Shown here one piece after another: positions 13,303-24,982 of a DNA stretch of 64,000 bases. Positions within the stretch are counted from its first letter, which is position 1; the number at the start of each line of letters is the position of its first letter. The DNA lies in the NCBI RefSeq assembly GCF_035594765.1, contig NC_085841.1, positions 169,307,574 through 169,371,573 of the forward strand, in the 5' to 3' direction. The notes beneath the pieces are model-generated. The model saw only the letters and a program-made list of their open reading frames with translations, was not told the DNA's origin and did not search any database. This stretch comes from Anolis carolinensis. Its lineage: Eukaryota. The translations under genes were made by a program, and so were the position numbers.

Positions 13303-13541
13303 TTCTAGACCATGTCTTGCATTTAATTTCTCCTCCTCTTCCTATTGCTGTGTGCTGCATGTGTTTGATTTTCCCAGGCAAGGGGAGGGAGGAATTGGGT
13401 GCCTCTTTCTTTTTCTGCTTGCCCAATTCCTCACGGTCTACCTCCATCCAGGCTGCCTTCCCATATGCACCTCGGTCACCCTACAAAATCTGAAACCCTT
13501 CAGCTTTTCATTGCACTGAGAGTCAAGAAACATCCAATTAC

Positions 13542-13613
13542 CGGTTTGATGCTAAGATGATTGCCAGCTACCTTCAGAATAGCATGTTTCCTGGATACTC
13601 TTTTATCTGTAAC
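13542..13613 (-). CDS. APLF: APLF exon 2 (VTDKRVSRKHAILKVAGNHLSIKP)
   Basis: Acceptor CCCAG|GTT, donor CCG|GTAATT, 72 nt, phase 0/0; FHA phosphothreonine-binding SRxH motif. Confidence 0.95.
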
Positions 13614-16028
13614 CTGGGATGAAATAAGCAATGAAGTGTTAAAACATATAGGGAATGAAAAGTCACAGATCAACTGATATATTTTAAATAAAAATCTATA
13701 TAATTTTGTGTTGTTCATCTTTAGCACAACAGTATAGTTCACTTTAGGTAGAATGAAGAAAAATGCATCAAAGTCAAAACACACACAAACTAAGACCCTT
13801 AAATGTGGGTTCAAAATAAGAATCAAAACTGAGGGAGGTTGCCTTCAAACGCGAAGAGATCAGATTTTTCAAACTCTAAACAATTCCCCCATTTAGGTAA
13901 CTTGCCCCAGGGAAAAATCTACATACAGTACCAATTTCAAGTTTACCTCATTTTTTGTAAATGCAAAATTAGACTACTTCTGGGGATATCAGAGCAATAT
14001 TGGAATATCACTTTTAAACAGAACCACTGAAGGTTGCAGAAACAGACAGCCTTCTTTTTCTAATGACAAAGGTTTCTACCACCATAGAAGAAAGAACATT
14101 ACATGAGATTTTACAGGCTCCCAAATATCTTAGAATATTGCAGACACAATGAGAAACAAGGGGACTTGGAAAATGGTGACAGGCCTCCAACTGTTTTAAT
14201 AGTAGATAACTACTTGTTAGAATATCAACTTCTGCACTATTGCTTAAGGTATAGGATCCCTGTCCAGACAATAAGAATTAAAGCTCACCTTAATATAGCC
14301 AAGAGAGAAAATGCCTTATATAATAATTGCAATATCTAATTTTTTTAGTGCATACAATATAACTGTCCCTATTGGTATTCTCCTTCACACAGCAGAGAGA
14401 AATGAATGAAGCTACACGGAAGGCTTCCTCTTGTTCCTCTTTATATGTAAATTATACAAATCAAACAGAACCAGAAGGCAAAGCAAAGGCTCTAGCAGTA
14501 AAAGTGGGACTCAATTTATTAAGGATGAAACCTTTTCTGAGCCAGAGCTTAACAAAGGAGAAACTAATGACACAGGCTAAAGTAATACCTTTTCATTCCT
14601 TGGTGTAGCTAGCTAGCTAAGGAAAGGTTAGCAATTTTGTAGCTAAATGGCTAAGCTTAATAGACTTCATCCCAGCAGCCCTGCAGGGGTTGTTGGACCG
14701 CAACTCCCAACAGCTGCAGCCAGCCTTGCTAATGGAAAGGGATGCTTGGAGTCATAATCCAATAATATCAGGAGAGTCATAGTTTCCCCATTCCTGCCTC
14801 TCAACTACTCAGCTTTCCTAATTTTCCCTGTTGCAAGAGGAAGAGTTGAGAGAAGCTAGCAAACAGGCTGGGAAGGGCTGAGGTTGATAGATGAAACTGG
14901 TGTTTCATTCACTGCTTTGTGTCTCTTTCAGCCTTCAAAAGGGATTTCAAGAGATTGAAAAGGACCAATGCTATTCATTTAGGAGTACATCTTTCTCAGT
15001 CAAATCATTCTATAGATTCCATATTCATCTCATAAATAGAAATCCTTTCTAGATTACCCTAACCATCTATTAGATAAAGAGGTTTTGGCAGAAATTTAGA
15101 ACTCTACACCACAACTCAAGAAGAAACTCATTAAACCGCCACTACAAAATCAGGTACACAAATCACAAAAACCCAAGGAACACATTAAAATAAAAAGCAG
15201 GAAAGTGATGGTACTTATTAAAATGCAAATAGGTTGGGCCCAATGAGCATCATCTGATTACTTTCAGACAGAGAACTATGAGATAATGTAAAAGCTTCAA
15301 AAAGGTTGATGAAAAAGGTGTTGGTGTTGGAGAAAATCTAGGTATTCTGCTTGCACTGTTAGTGTATTGTGACCTCTAGTGGACCACAGAGTTACTTGCA
15401 TGTGAGCAAAAAATACAAATTGCCAGAAAATAGGTCAAAATAAACATTTCTTGAAAAACAAAAGGCATGTTGCAATCTATATTTTCAGTCTAAAACTCGT
15501 AATACATAGTGGAAACAGACAGCAAAATAAAAAGTGGGCCACATCAATAATTATCTGTATTTTAAGGTTGTTTAAAATGCTGTGTTTAATAAACATATTG
15601 TGGCACTGATTCAGAATCCAAAAGGAACAATAGAGTAGTGCATGCGACCACACAGCAAGCAGGCCAAACATGAAATCAGGCAATCTTCAGAAAACATGAG
15701 CACAGAAAATAAATAGGCCAAACATCAAGTGTGGGTACTCAAGGTGGGAATAAGTGTAGGAGGAGAATCAGCAAGGATTGTATTCAGAGAACTCTCCTCC
15801 ATTGAACCTAATCCTGGTTTCATATACTGTACACACATAAGATATCATCTGAAGAGGAAACCCAACCCAATCAGGATTATAATTTCCATGGAAAAGCCCA
15901 GGGCATATCCATAAACAGGTTTGGAGTTATTAATCCGAAAAACAAACACACAGTATGTGACATGTATGATCATTCCATGCTGTCACTGGTGCTAGGTTCT
16001 GATGATGTTCTTGGGAGACTCTTTAATA

Positions 16029-16163
16029 CAGTGGTTCTCAACTTGGGGTCCTCAGATGTTTTTGGCCTACAACTCCCATAAATCCCAGCCAGTTTCCCAG
16101 CTGTTAGGATTTCTGGGAGTTGAAGGGCAAAAACATCTGGAGACCTCAGGTTGAGAATCACTG
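16029..16163. mobile_element. Palindromic hAT MITE (about 135 bp)
   Basis: TIR CAGTGGTTCTCAAC; 8-bp TSD CTTTAATA. Same or related families at 22115-22248, 23080-23225, 31185-31315, 33431-33564, 37881-38015, 54411-54545. Confidence 0.88.
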
Positions 16164-16701
16164 CTTTAATATGTACAAGAAAGCGTAAACAAATTCTTGC
16201 TTAGTTTCAGTCAATATTAGAAAGGTAGGAAGGATCACTATGGAGAAGCTATGCCTTTCTCACATAACCTCACAAAGGCTATTTTCAGGGGTGAATATAC
16301 AGTATATTCCAAGAGCTTGATTTCCATATATCTAAGAAAAGCTTGAATCCCATACTCCTCTAACACGTGGCAAGGCCAAAGAAAGATTTGGCACTTCTTT
16401 GCCACAGAAAGGATCCAAGGGAGCAGACAGGGTAAGTGGGGCCCAAGCGGACATAGATGCTCACTTGTGGCATTCCAAATGTTGCTAGATTTTAGTTTCC
16501 ATCACTTCTCACCGCTAGCTTTGACTGAGGCAGATGGGAATAGCACTCTTGATTTTATTTAGATTTGTTTTTCTCTCCAGTGTGCATGCTGCCTTGAATA
16601 CAATCACTGCAATTAGTTGTTAATGTTACTTTTCTATTCTACCATTTTTCAAAGCATTTCAAAAACATGCAAATGTAAGTAGAGAATAGGTTCCGCCCCA
16701 G

Positions 16702-17247
16702 CAGGAAGGCTCCAATGTGGTATTTAAAGAAAGATACTTCCACCTTGAACTATCAGCTAACAGGATGAATGCAGTGAAGGGTTGAAAAGATGGGCTCAAT
16801 CCATTGGCTCCACTTGGTTTCTCGTGTCCAAATTGCTTAAATACTCGCTGGCAATTATAAGTCCATCCATGTAATTGGAGCCTAGGTTTGTGTTTGATTT
16901 TCTTTCTCATTCCTTTTACTTTTGTGTGTCTTTTTAAAGAATGTAAGGAACTGCATTTTTATAAGACTGAAGCCAGGAAGGCTCCAATGTGGTATTTAAA
17001 GAAAGATACTTCCACCTTGAACTATCAGCTAACAGGATGAATGCAGTGAAGGGTTGAAAAGATGGGCTCAATCCATTGGCTCCACTTGGTTTCTCGTGTC
17101 CAAATTGCTTAAATACTCGCTGGCAATTATAAGTCCATCCATGTAATTGGAGCCTAGGTTTGTGTTTGATTTTCTTTCTCATTCCTTTTACTTTTGTGTG
17201 TCTTTTTAAAGAATGTAAGGAACTGCATTTTTATAAGACTGAAGCCA
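16702..17247 (+). repeat. Perfect 272-bp tandem duplication in APLF intron 1
   Basis: 16702-16973 is identical to 16974-17245; it explains the duplicate ORFs 16659..16910 and 16934..17182. Confidence 0.95.
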
Positions 17248-17455
17248 CTAGATCTGGTTGCTCTTGGAAACAAATCAGGATCAGGCTTAATTAGTACTTT
17301 GATGAAGAACTGCCAAAGAATACCAGCTGCTGTATCCTACATTTCAGAGAAAAATTATATCAGGCATCTCTGAGTATTCCTTGCCTAAGAAAATCCTATT
17401 AAACAAACAGGGTTGCTGTAAGTCAACAGATGACTTGTAGATATAAACACACAAC
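17240..17455 (+). mobile_element. 5S rRNA-derived SINE (5S-Sauria-like), decayed
   Basis: GATCTGGTTGCTCTTGGAAAC...TTAGTACTTTGATG...GAATACCAGCTGCTGTA aligns to 5S rRNA, followed by tail CTCTGAGTATTCCTTGCCTAAGAAAA; second copy at 62030-62175. Confidence 0.75.
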
Positions 17456-17962
17456 TACATAAGTCACTTTAGGATGCTATTTGTGCCATCCGCTAATGTT
17501 TCACGGAAATCCGTTTTTCAAGACTCATTGTTGAAGTGCACGTTTTTAAGGGAAAGACCTTAAATTAATTTTATTGGCATCACCAAGGGAAATTACCTCA
17601 TATAGTACATGCTGCAAAAGAGCTTTGTCTGCCTGATAGCTTGGAAAGTCTCAAAGGACAAATTAAAAAAGAGGTCAGCAAAAGGTAAAACTTAATCTGC
17701 TAGTAGATCTCTGGCTAATCTGCAGAAGAACAGCAATACTCTATGGCACCCAAGTGTTTATAGACAGTTACAAAATGACTCCATTGCCCTAAATTACATA
17801 ATGGAAACAGAGAAAGCTTGGGGTGACTATGAATGAGTTTTTATATAAAAGTACTCCAGCCAGCTCTGCTACTCAGAACAGATACCTGGGCTCAGAACTT
17901 TCTGATTCTAGGGCCTCAGCTACACTGACCATTGAATGCAGTTTCAAAACAATATTGAAAAA

Positions 17963-18220
17963 GGGTTGTTGTGTGTTTTCTGGGCTGTATGGCAATGTTC
18001 CAGAAGTCTTCTCTCCTGACGTTTCACCCACATCTATGGCAAGCATCCTCAGAGGTTGTAATGTTTCGCCCACATCTATGGCAGACATCCTCACAATCTC
18101 TGAGGATGCCTGCCATAAATGTGGGTGAAACATCAGGAGAGAATACTTCTGGAACATGGCCATACACCCAGGAAAACACACAACAACCCTGTGATTCCCG
18201 CCATGAAAGCCTTCGACAAC
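17963..18220. mobile_element. Penelope-like insertion with inverted terminal-repeat arrangement, nested in a Harbinger-like MITE (about 17910-18431)
   Basis: Two opposite-orientation pLTR fragments; 14-bp TSD ACAATATTGAAAAA at 17949-17962 and 18221-18234. Confidence 0.85.
18015..18055 (-). ncRNA. Minimal type I hammerhead ribozyme motif of a Penelope-like element
   Basis: Minus strand reads CCU-CUGAGGA-UGCUUGCCAUAGAUGUGGGU-GAAAC-GUC-AGG: conserved core, stem II, palindromic ACGU in place of stem III, 3-bp stem I. Confidence 0.65.
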
Positions 18221-18751
18221 ACAATATTGAAAAATGTGATTTCACTGTGCAGATGATTACATAGGAAATCCTAGAAATAGTTTGAGGACTGGGTAGCGAT
18301 TACACAAACCACAAATCACTGATTTGAGCATTAAGGGCTTTCTTTCAGGCTTTTTGTGGGAGTTTGTCATCTGGCTATCACTGTCTGAAGGTAGCTTTGA
18401 ACTGCAATAAATGGTCAGTGTAGATGAGGCCTAAGACAACAAAGAATCATATGGCACTTTAGAAGATTTTGAATGCACATTTATTACATCTTGAGCTCTC
18501 TGTGGCATAAAACCCATTTCATCACTGTTATCCAGATATCGGATAAATAAATTCAGGGAATGTATTTATCTGAATAAATTGAATGGAAGGTTGTCTCTAG
18601 ACCAAAGCTTTCCAAACTATGTACATTGTGTAGGTGTGTCACAGTAACTTAAGAAGAAGCCTCTGGGTCTTTGTGAAATAAACAATAACAATTTGCATGC
18701 ATCTTTATGTAGCCAATGTGAAAATTAATATACGCTTTGGATAGCATAGGT

Positions 18752-19076
18752 AAAGGTAAAGGTTTTCCCCTGACATTAAGTCTAGTTGTGTCCAACTCTG
18801 GGGGTTGGTGCTCATCTCCATTTCTAAGTTGAAGAGTCAGCAATGTTCATAGACACCTCCAAGGTCATGTGGCCAACATGACTTTGTGAAACACCGTTAC
18901 CTTCCCACCGGAGCGGTACCTATTGATCTACTCACATTTACGTGTTTTCGAATAGGTTGGCAGAAGCTGGGGCTAACAGCGGGAGCTCACCCTGCTCTCC
19001 GGATTTGAACCGCCAACCTTTCAGTCAGCAAGTTCAGCAGCTCAGCGGTTTAATCCACTGCACCACCGGGGGCTCC
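18752..19076 (-). mobile_element. Sauria SINE, full length, nested in a Tigger-like MITE
   Basis: 15-bp TSD TTGGATAGCATAGGT at 18737-18751 and 19077-19091. Confidence 0.9.
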
Positions 19077-19512
19077 TTGGATAGCATAGGTTAACACCCC
19101 TGTGGGGTTTGTTTTGCTGTCTGTGTCCCTGTTCAAAAGATTTCACCTCCCTTTATGTGCCTGTGATAATTGGATTTTGAAAAAAAAGCTTGTTGTGGAA
19201 AAAAGGATTACTGATAAAGCTTCAGTGAAGACGCCTTTTCCCAATAATAATAACTCTTTCAGGAATGAATTTTGTTCTGTGGGGTAGATTTCTCTCACAT
19301 CCTATTGTCTCTCCCCCGTTCGTAATTGTTAGTCATTTGTAAGTTGAATGTTTGTAACTCGGGACTACCTGTACTCATAAATGACAAAAAATCTTGCAAA
19401 TGCTGTATTTTGAAAAATATAAATGAAAGATTCTCATGAGATGTCATGTCTTCATACATTTTGTTATTACAAAATCTGTATCTGTTATGAGAGGCTGGTT
19501 TAACCTCTGACT

Positions 19513-20010
19513 TGTGTTGTCAAAGGCTTTCATGGCCGGACTCACTGGGTAGCTGTGAGTTTTCTGGGCTGTATGGCCATGTTCCAGAAGTATTCTCTCC
19601 TGACATTTCACCCACATTTATGGCAGGCATCCTCAGAAGTTGTTGGAAACTAGGCAAGTGGGGTTTATATATCTGTAGAATGCCCAAGGTGGGAGAAAGA
19701 ACTCTTATCTGTTGGATGCAAGCGTGAATATTACAATTGGCCACCTTGATTAGCATTGAATAGCCTTGCAGCTTCAAAGCCTGGCTCCATCCTGCCTGGG
19801 GGAATCGTTTGTTGGGAGCTGTTAACTGGCCCTGATTGTTTCATGCCTGGAATTCCTGTTTTTTAGTGTTGTTCTTTTTTGACTGTATCGATGTTAGAGT
19901 TTTTTTAATACTGGTAACCAGATTTTGTTCATTTTCATGCTTTCCTCCTTTCTGTTGAAATTGTCCACAAGCTTGCGAATTTCAATGGCTTCTCTGTGTA
20001 GTCTGACATG
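19513..20010 (-). mobile_element. Penelope-like retroelement 3' fragment
   Basis: Minus strand encodes RLHREAIEIRKLVDNFNRKEE (GIY-YIG endonuclease C-terminus) followed by a pLTR with a hammerhead-like motif at 19599-19639. Confidence 0.85.
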
Positions 20011-20689
20011 CTTAATTTCTTTTGATGCCTTTGTTTAAATTCTCATGGCAATGGTTTTATTGGTCAGAAACCGCCCTGAGTCCCCACGAGGAGATAGGGT
20101 GGGATATAAATAAAGTTTCTTATTATTATTGCTCGTAAAACTCAATGACCATGTCGCAAAAGGATGCATATCTAAAAAGGGAGTCACCAACAGGAAATAT
20201 TTGGAAAGCTCTGCTGTGGACAGTAAAGTCAGGCAGATATTAAAGGTTGATAGTCCATGCAACTGCACTTTATTATGGACCATCTCATCAGTGTTCTGCC
20301 AGCTATTGCACATGCGTAATTTTAACCGCCTGCCTCCAATTTCTGAATGCGCTCAGTGCGCCTTGTTGAGCTGCTTATAATTGATTTTATTGGATGTTTT
20401 GCTTTTACATGTTATAAGTTAAATGTACTTATGTTGATGTATTTTATTGCGTATTATTTGGCTTGGTCCCCATATACGCCGCCATGAGTGCCTCCAGAGA
20501 GATGGGGCGGGATACAAGAATAAAGTTTTTTATTATTAGTATTATTTGTATCATTATTAATGCCACTACTACTATTTTACTCCAGTGGGGAGATCTCGGG
20601 GGTTGAGGTAGAAACAAACAAAGATCTTATAACCCAGCTCACTCCAGATGACAGCAAGTAAGATTGTATTACAGAGTCCATTTTAGCGC

Positions 20690-21310
20690 AAAGGAGCGCC
20701 CTGTTTCCAGTCCTGCAGCTGCCAATGTCGAGACTGGGCCCGTTTGCAACCAAGTTGGCTAGGCCTCAGCGCTTCGACCTAGCCAACTGCTCTCTCCCGC
20801 CCCGCCGCGGCACTTACTCCCAGCAGGGCGCCTCTTCCTAGCACTGTCTCGCCGGGCGGCAGCTCCAAAGGGCGGCCCCCCTTCACCGGCGCCAACGCAA
20901 ATCCCGGCATGGCAGCGCGGGACGGAAAAGCCTGCCACACCGTGCCTCCCTCTTTCACCCCCTCCTGACAACTGAGCTGTACTAAACAGTTCCGGCCGGT
21001 TTGGGCCACGGCGGGACGTTAGAATGCGTGTGACGTCACCGCTAGGGGTGGGGAGAAGAGGTGTCAACAGAGAAGTTCAAATGGAGGAGCCGTTCAACGG
21101 ACGCTTGAGGTGAGCTGCTTAGAACGCAGGGAGCGCGAGCTCTTCTTGCTTGATTGAGCGGTTCCGCGAGCGCTAAGTCAACCAATCCTCGACTGGGGCG
21201 GCGTCGCGATTGGAGAAGGCTGAGTGGGGAGGGGGCGAGGGAAAGAGAGCCCCGAGGCTCTGATTGGCTGAGCAATCCAGGCATGGAGGATGGCCAAGGG
21301 CGTTCCCTCA
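20690..21310. promoter_or_regulatory. CpG-rich bidirectional promoter shared by APLF and FBXO48
   Basis: The main CpG-dense non-repeat stretch in the window. Perfect CRE TGACGTCA at 21031-21038; CCAAT boxes at 21182-21186 (+), 21209-21213 and 21263-21267 (ATTGG); ETS-like TTCCGG at 20990-20995; GC boxes; lies between divergent genes. Confidence 0.8.
20818..20910 (-). CDS. APLF: APLF coding exon 1 (MPGFALAPVKGGRPLELPPGETVLGRGALLG), start of FHA domain
   Basis: ATG at 20910 in GCC ATG context; 93 nt; donor GGA|GTAAGT; similar to human N-terminus (GETVIGRGPLLG). Confidence 0.93.
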
Positions 21311-21455
21311 GTCTGTTCTAGGGTGTCAGTCAACACAGTTCACCTTCCTGCTCTCCCCTTTGCATAGACATCAAAACATTAGCTCAACTGTTGGTGCTGG
21401 TAGCCCTTAACTGTCACTCCTCTGAGAAAATTCTTTCAGCCTAACTCTAAGGCAT

Positions 21456-21783
21456 AAAAAGGTAAAAGTTTCTCCTGACGTTAAGTCCAGTCATATCTGA
21501 CTCTGGGGGTTGGTGCTCATCTCCATTTCTAAGCCAAAGAGCCGGCATTGTCCGTAGACATCTCCAAGGTCATGTGACCGGCATGACTGCATGGAGCGCC
21601 GTTACCTTCCCGCCGGAGCGGTACCTATTGATCTACTCACATTGCCATGTTTTCGAACTGCTAGGTTGGCAGAAGCTGGAGCTAACAGCGGGCGCTCACT
21701 CTGCTCCCGGGATTTGAACCTGGGACCTTTCGGTTTGGTAGTTCAGCAGCTCAGTGCTTTAACACACTTCGTCATCGGGACTC
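21456..21783 (-). mobile_element. Sauria SINE
   Basis: Homologous to the copies at 9046 and 18752; TSD CTAAGGCAT at 21447-21455 and 21784-21792. Confidence 0.88.
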
Positions 21784-21851
21784 CTAAGGCATGTAAGCCC
21801 CCTATTTTAAGAGGGTCAGCACACTGAGTCCTCAAAAGGATTGGAAGAGAC

Positions 21852-22756
21852 CAGGCCCATAGCCAGAAAAATCCCCCCCCCCCCCCCGGAAATGACTTTT
21901 CAGGCCAGTGTCTCCTGACCTGGCATGAGATCTCAACAAGATCCTGAAATTATCATCATTGTACAAAGATTCTTCACAGGTAATAAATCCTGAATCATTG
22001 CTCCCTCTTTAAGATAGTTCTTGTCAACCACAAAGTACAATCGTTTCCACAGTTGACAGAAGTTTATTTCTGTTTTCTTCTGCTTTCTGACTTTATCATG
22101 ATGATGGGTTACATCAGGCATTGGCAAACTCCAGCCCTCCAGGTGTTTTGGACTTCAACTCCCACAATTCCTAACAGCCGGTAGGCTGTTAGGAATTGTG
22201 GGAACTGAAGTCTAAAATACCTGGTGGGCCGGAGTTTGCCAATGCCTGGGTTACATCAAGACGTTTTCCACTGTGAATTAGCAAGAAGTTTTTAGCCGAA
22301 CACAAGTTTGTTTACCATCTGTTAGGATTTCTGGGAGTTGAAGGCCAAAACATCTGGGGACTCACAGGTTTAGAACCACTGGATTAGATGAACCAGTGGG
22401 AGACACCACAGTTTCCTCCTGCAATCCAGGTTGAATCCCCCCCCCCTCGCCCCTGTGCCTTAGGCTTTGCCTGCCACCTATGGGTAGACCAACTTGGTCA
22501 CTTCCACTATGTCAGCTATTGCTGCTATTGCAATGTAAATTGGTAGAAAGGTAGGCAATGACAGTGTGAATAATCAAAATTTGGTTGAGATAGTGCTTGC
22601 AGTTCTGGAGAGACTCTAATTTTTGCTTCTCATATACTTGGCATGGGTATTTGATTAACCAAGTAAAATTAATGAGTAAACCAGGTTTTTATTTTTTACC
22701 TGAAACATTTGGGGGGTGGTTTGAACCCCTAAACCACCCCCTTGGCTACAGGCTTC
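21852..22756. mobile_element. Non-autonomous hAT element containing nested MITEs, inserted into a CR1 3' end
   Basis: Termini CAGGCCCATAGCCAG / TTGGCTACAGGCTTC, 8-bp TSD GAAGAGAC at 21844-21851 and 22757-22764; shorter relative at 30093-30376; nested MITE 22115-22248 with TSD GGTTACAT. Confidence 0.8.
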
Positions 22757-24179
22757 GAAGAGACCTCCAAGGGCTGCCAAATCCAGCCACAATCAAAGTA
22801 CTCCCAACAGATGGCCATCCAGCCTCTGCTTCAAAACCTCCAGAGGAGATTCCGCCATGCTTTGAGACAATGTCCTCTGAACTTAAGACGTTCCTCATGC
22901 TTAAACCAAAACAATTTTCATGATTTGTTTGGTTTAGAATTTAAACCCTGAGAGAAAACCCATCTAGCTGTACTCTTCTTACAACTAAACAGTTCAACCA
23001 AATAGAAAGGAAAGGGGCATCCCCTATTAGCTGCAGCTAGATCGTGATTCATTGACAAGATTGAGAACCCTCCAGATGTTGATATACCAGGCCTCCTCAA
23101 ACTGCACTCTTCCAACTGTTTGGGCCTCTAACTCCCAGAATTCCTGACCATTGAACAAGCATGCTATGGCTTCTGGGAGTTGAAGGCCTAAACAGCTGGA
23201 GAGCCACAGTTTGAAGATGCCTGTGCTAGACTCTAACACCCACCAGCCGAGTCAACATGGCGAACAATGACGGGAATCCAGTCAGATCTGGACTATCATG
23301 GCTCCCCAACTCATTTCTTATTTCCAGGTTACAAAATATTAAAATATACTCTTTTTTCTCTCTGATGCCATTCAAATGTCTTACTGTCGAGAGAAGTGGC
23401 TGTATGCAATGACAACTGGTTTTTAAAATCATGCCAAGTAGATGATGTGAGTCATCCAGCTTTGTCCTGACTGGGCCCCAACCTGCCATATTCCTCCAGG
23501 TTCTGACCATGACTCTCCAGTGTTTGCCTTGACTGATGCTCCTTATTGCTCATTGCTCTTAGATATGTCACTCAGTCAGTTTTACAGTAGTAATATACAA
23601 AACGGTTTTAGCTAAGTCCCTACTAAGGGAGCCTCCTAAATTCGGCTGGGGAACGATCCATTTTTTGGTTCAGCAGCCAAAAGATCCAGGAAGATCCAGC
23701 CCATTGACTGCAATGGGGAACTTACAAGACTTCCCTTTCCATCATTTTTAGGGTATCAGTCTTAAGAAACCACTATTTCTGGCATCCTTTCTTTTAATCT
23801 CCTTCAGCTAGATCCGGGTTAAATCATCAGACTTAAGAAACCATTGTTTCTGGGGTCTTTTCCCTTAATACCATTCAACTAGACTCCATTGATATCATAT
23901 AAATGTATAGAAATTTCCAATGAAGGGGGTTAAAGGTGTGTGTATCACGGAGAGCTGGAAACTTTTGCTTCAAGCAAGAACAGGGAACAGTTCGAGCAAA
24001 GACATCTACATTCCCTGTATTAAGACAGCGTTGACACCTCTATACATGGTCATTTTTATAATCAGAAACATAAACAAGAGATAGATGAATTTCTAAATTT
24101 ATTTCTGTTTGCACGCTTTTCTTGACAATGTTATTTTTTTTTCATAAAAGGTGACTCATACTTAATCAAGATCTAAACT

Positions 24180-24494
24180 ATGAAGCAGACATCTTCCAGA
24201 AGAAATACACAGACTGCTCCTAATACTGCCTGTAAAAACATATCCATTAAATTATCTGAGCATCAAAAGGAAACAAGCCAAATTAATTTTTTCCAACTAT
24301 TCCCACTAGAAGTCAACTTAAAGATTTTTAGTGAACTTGACATCCAGAGTTTATGCAGTGCTTCAATGACATGTAGGAGCTGGAACCAGATCATTGATAA
24401 CTGTGACAATTTATGGAAACATCATTGCTTAAATGTCAGGACTATCTGTCAGAGAGAGATCGACGGTGATAGAGGAAACGGGTATTCATGGAAG
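24180..24494 (+). CDS. FBXO48: FBXO48 first coding exon (F-box: NFFQLFPLEVNLKIFSELDIQSLCSASMTCRSWN...LWK)
   Basis: Acceptor TTCATAAAAG|G at 24150/24151, ATG 24180, donor AAG|GTATGT; F-box motif and ICQREIDGDRGNGYSWK match FBXO48. Confidence 0.93.
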
Positions 24495-24674
24495 GTATGT
24501 GAAGTGAGGTGGCCTCTCCCACCACAGTCTTGAGTCCAGTGCACAGTAGTACCCAGATTGGTAGTCACCATTGCCAGTGATCTAAAGCAGTTGCCACAAA
24601 TGGTTCTGCTGCATTAAATCTTTTCCAGGCTTTTGTCTGAACTTCCCAAGGTGCTGAGCTTATTTTGCCTAATA

Positions 24675-24982
24675 CAGTAGAGTCTCACTTATCCAACCTA
24701 AACAGGCCGGTAGAACGTTGGATAAGCGAATATGTTGGATAATAAGGAGAGATTAAGAAAAAGCCTGTTAAACATCAAAATAGGTTATGATTTTAGAAAT
24801 TAAGCACCAGAACATCATGTTATACAACAAAATTGACAGAAAAAGTAGTTCATTATGCATTAATGCTATGTAGTAATTACTGTATTTACAAATTTAGCAC
24901 CAAAATATCACAATTCATTGATAACATTGACTACAAAAATGCGTTGGATAATCCAGAATGTTGGATAAGTGAGATTCTACTG
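24675..24982. mobile_element. Tc1/mariner MITE
   Basis: TIR CAGTAGAGTCTCACTTATCCAAC, TA TSD; reverse orientation relative to the copy at 10378. Confidence 0.9.

Larger units (their letters stand above)
520..20910 (-). other. APLF: APLF gene span within the window (coding exons 1-8; remaining 3' exons with the end of PBZ2 and the acidic tail lie left of position 1)
   Basis: Eight minus-strand exons with GT-AG ends join in frame. They give FHA (GETVLGRG..TDKRVSRKHA..NPCFY), KBM (RKRVLPTWML) and PBZ (CQYGKNCYRKNPIHFQQFSH; CPYGTACYR) segments matching aprataxin and PNK-like factor. Confidence 0.95.

Noticed and set aside
16659-17182. Two near-identical 82-83 aa ORFs suggesting a duplicated small gene
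   Set aside because: By-product of the 272-bp intronic tandem duplication; no splice or homology support.
17240-17335. Possible 5S rRNA gene (also 62030-62105)
   Set aside because: Heavily diverged or deleted and fused to a SINE tail; it is a 5S-derived SINE.
20911-21009. N-terminal extension of APLF suggested by the ORF track (starting MAQTGRNC)
   Set aside because: Starts at a non-ATG codon; homology and start-codon context support the ATG at 20910.
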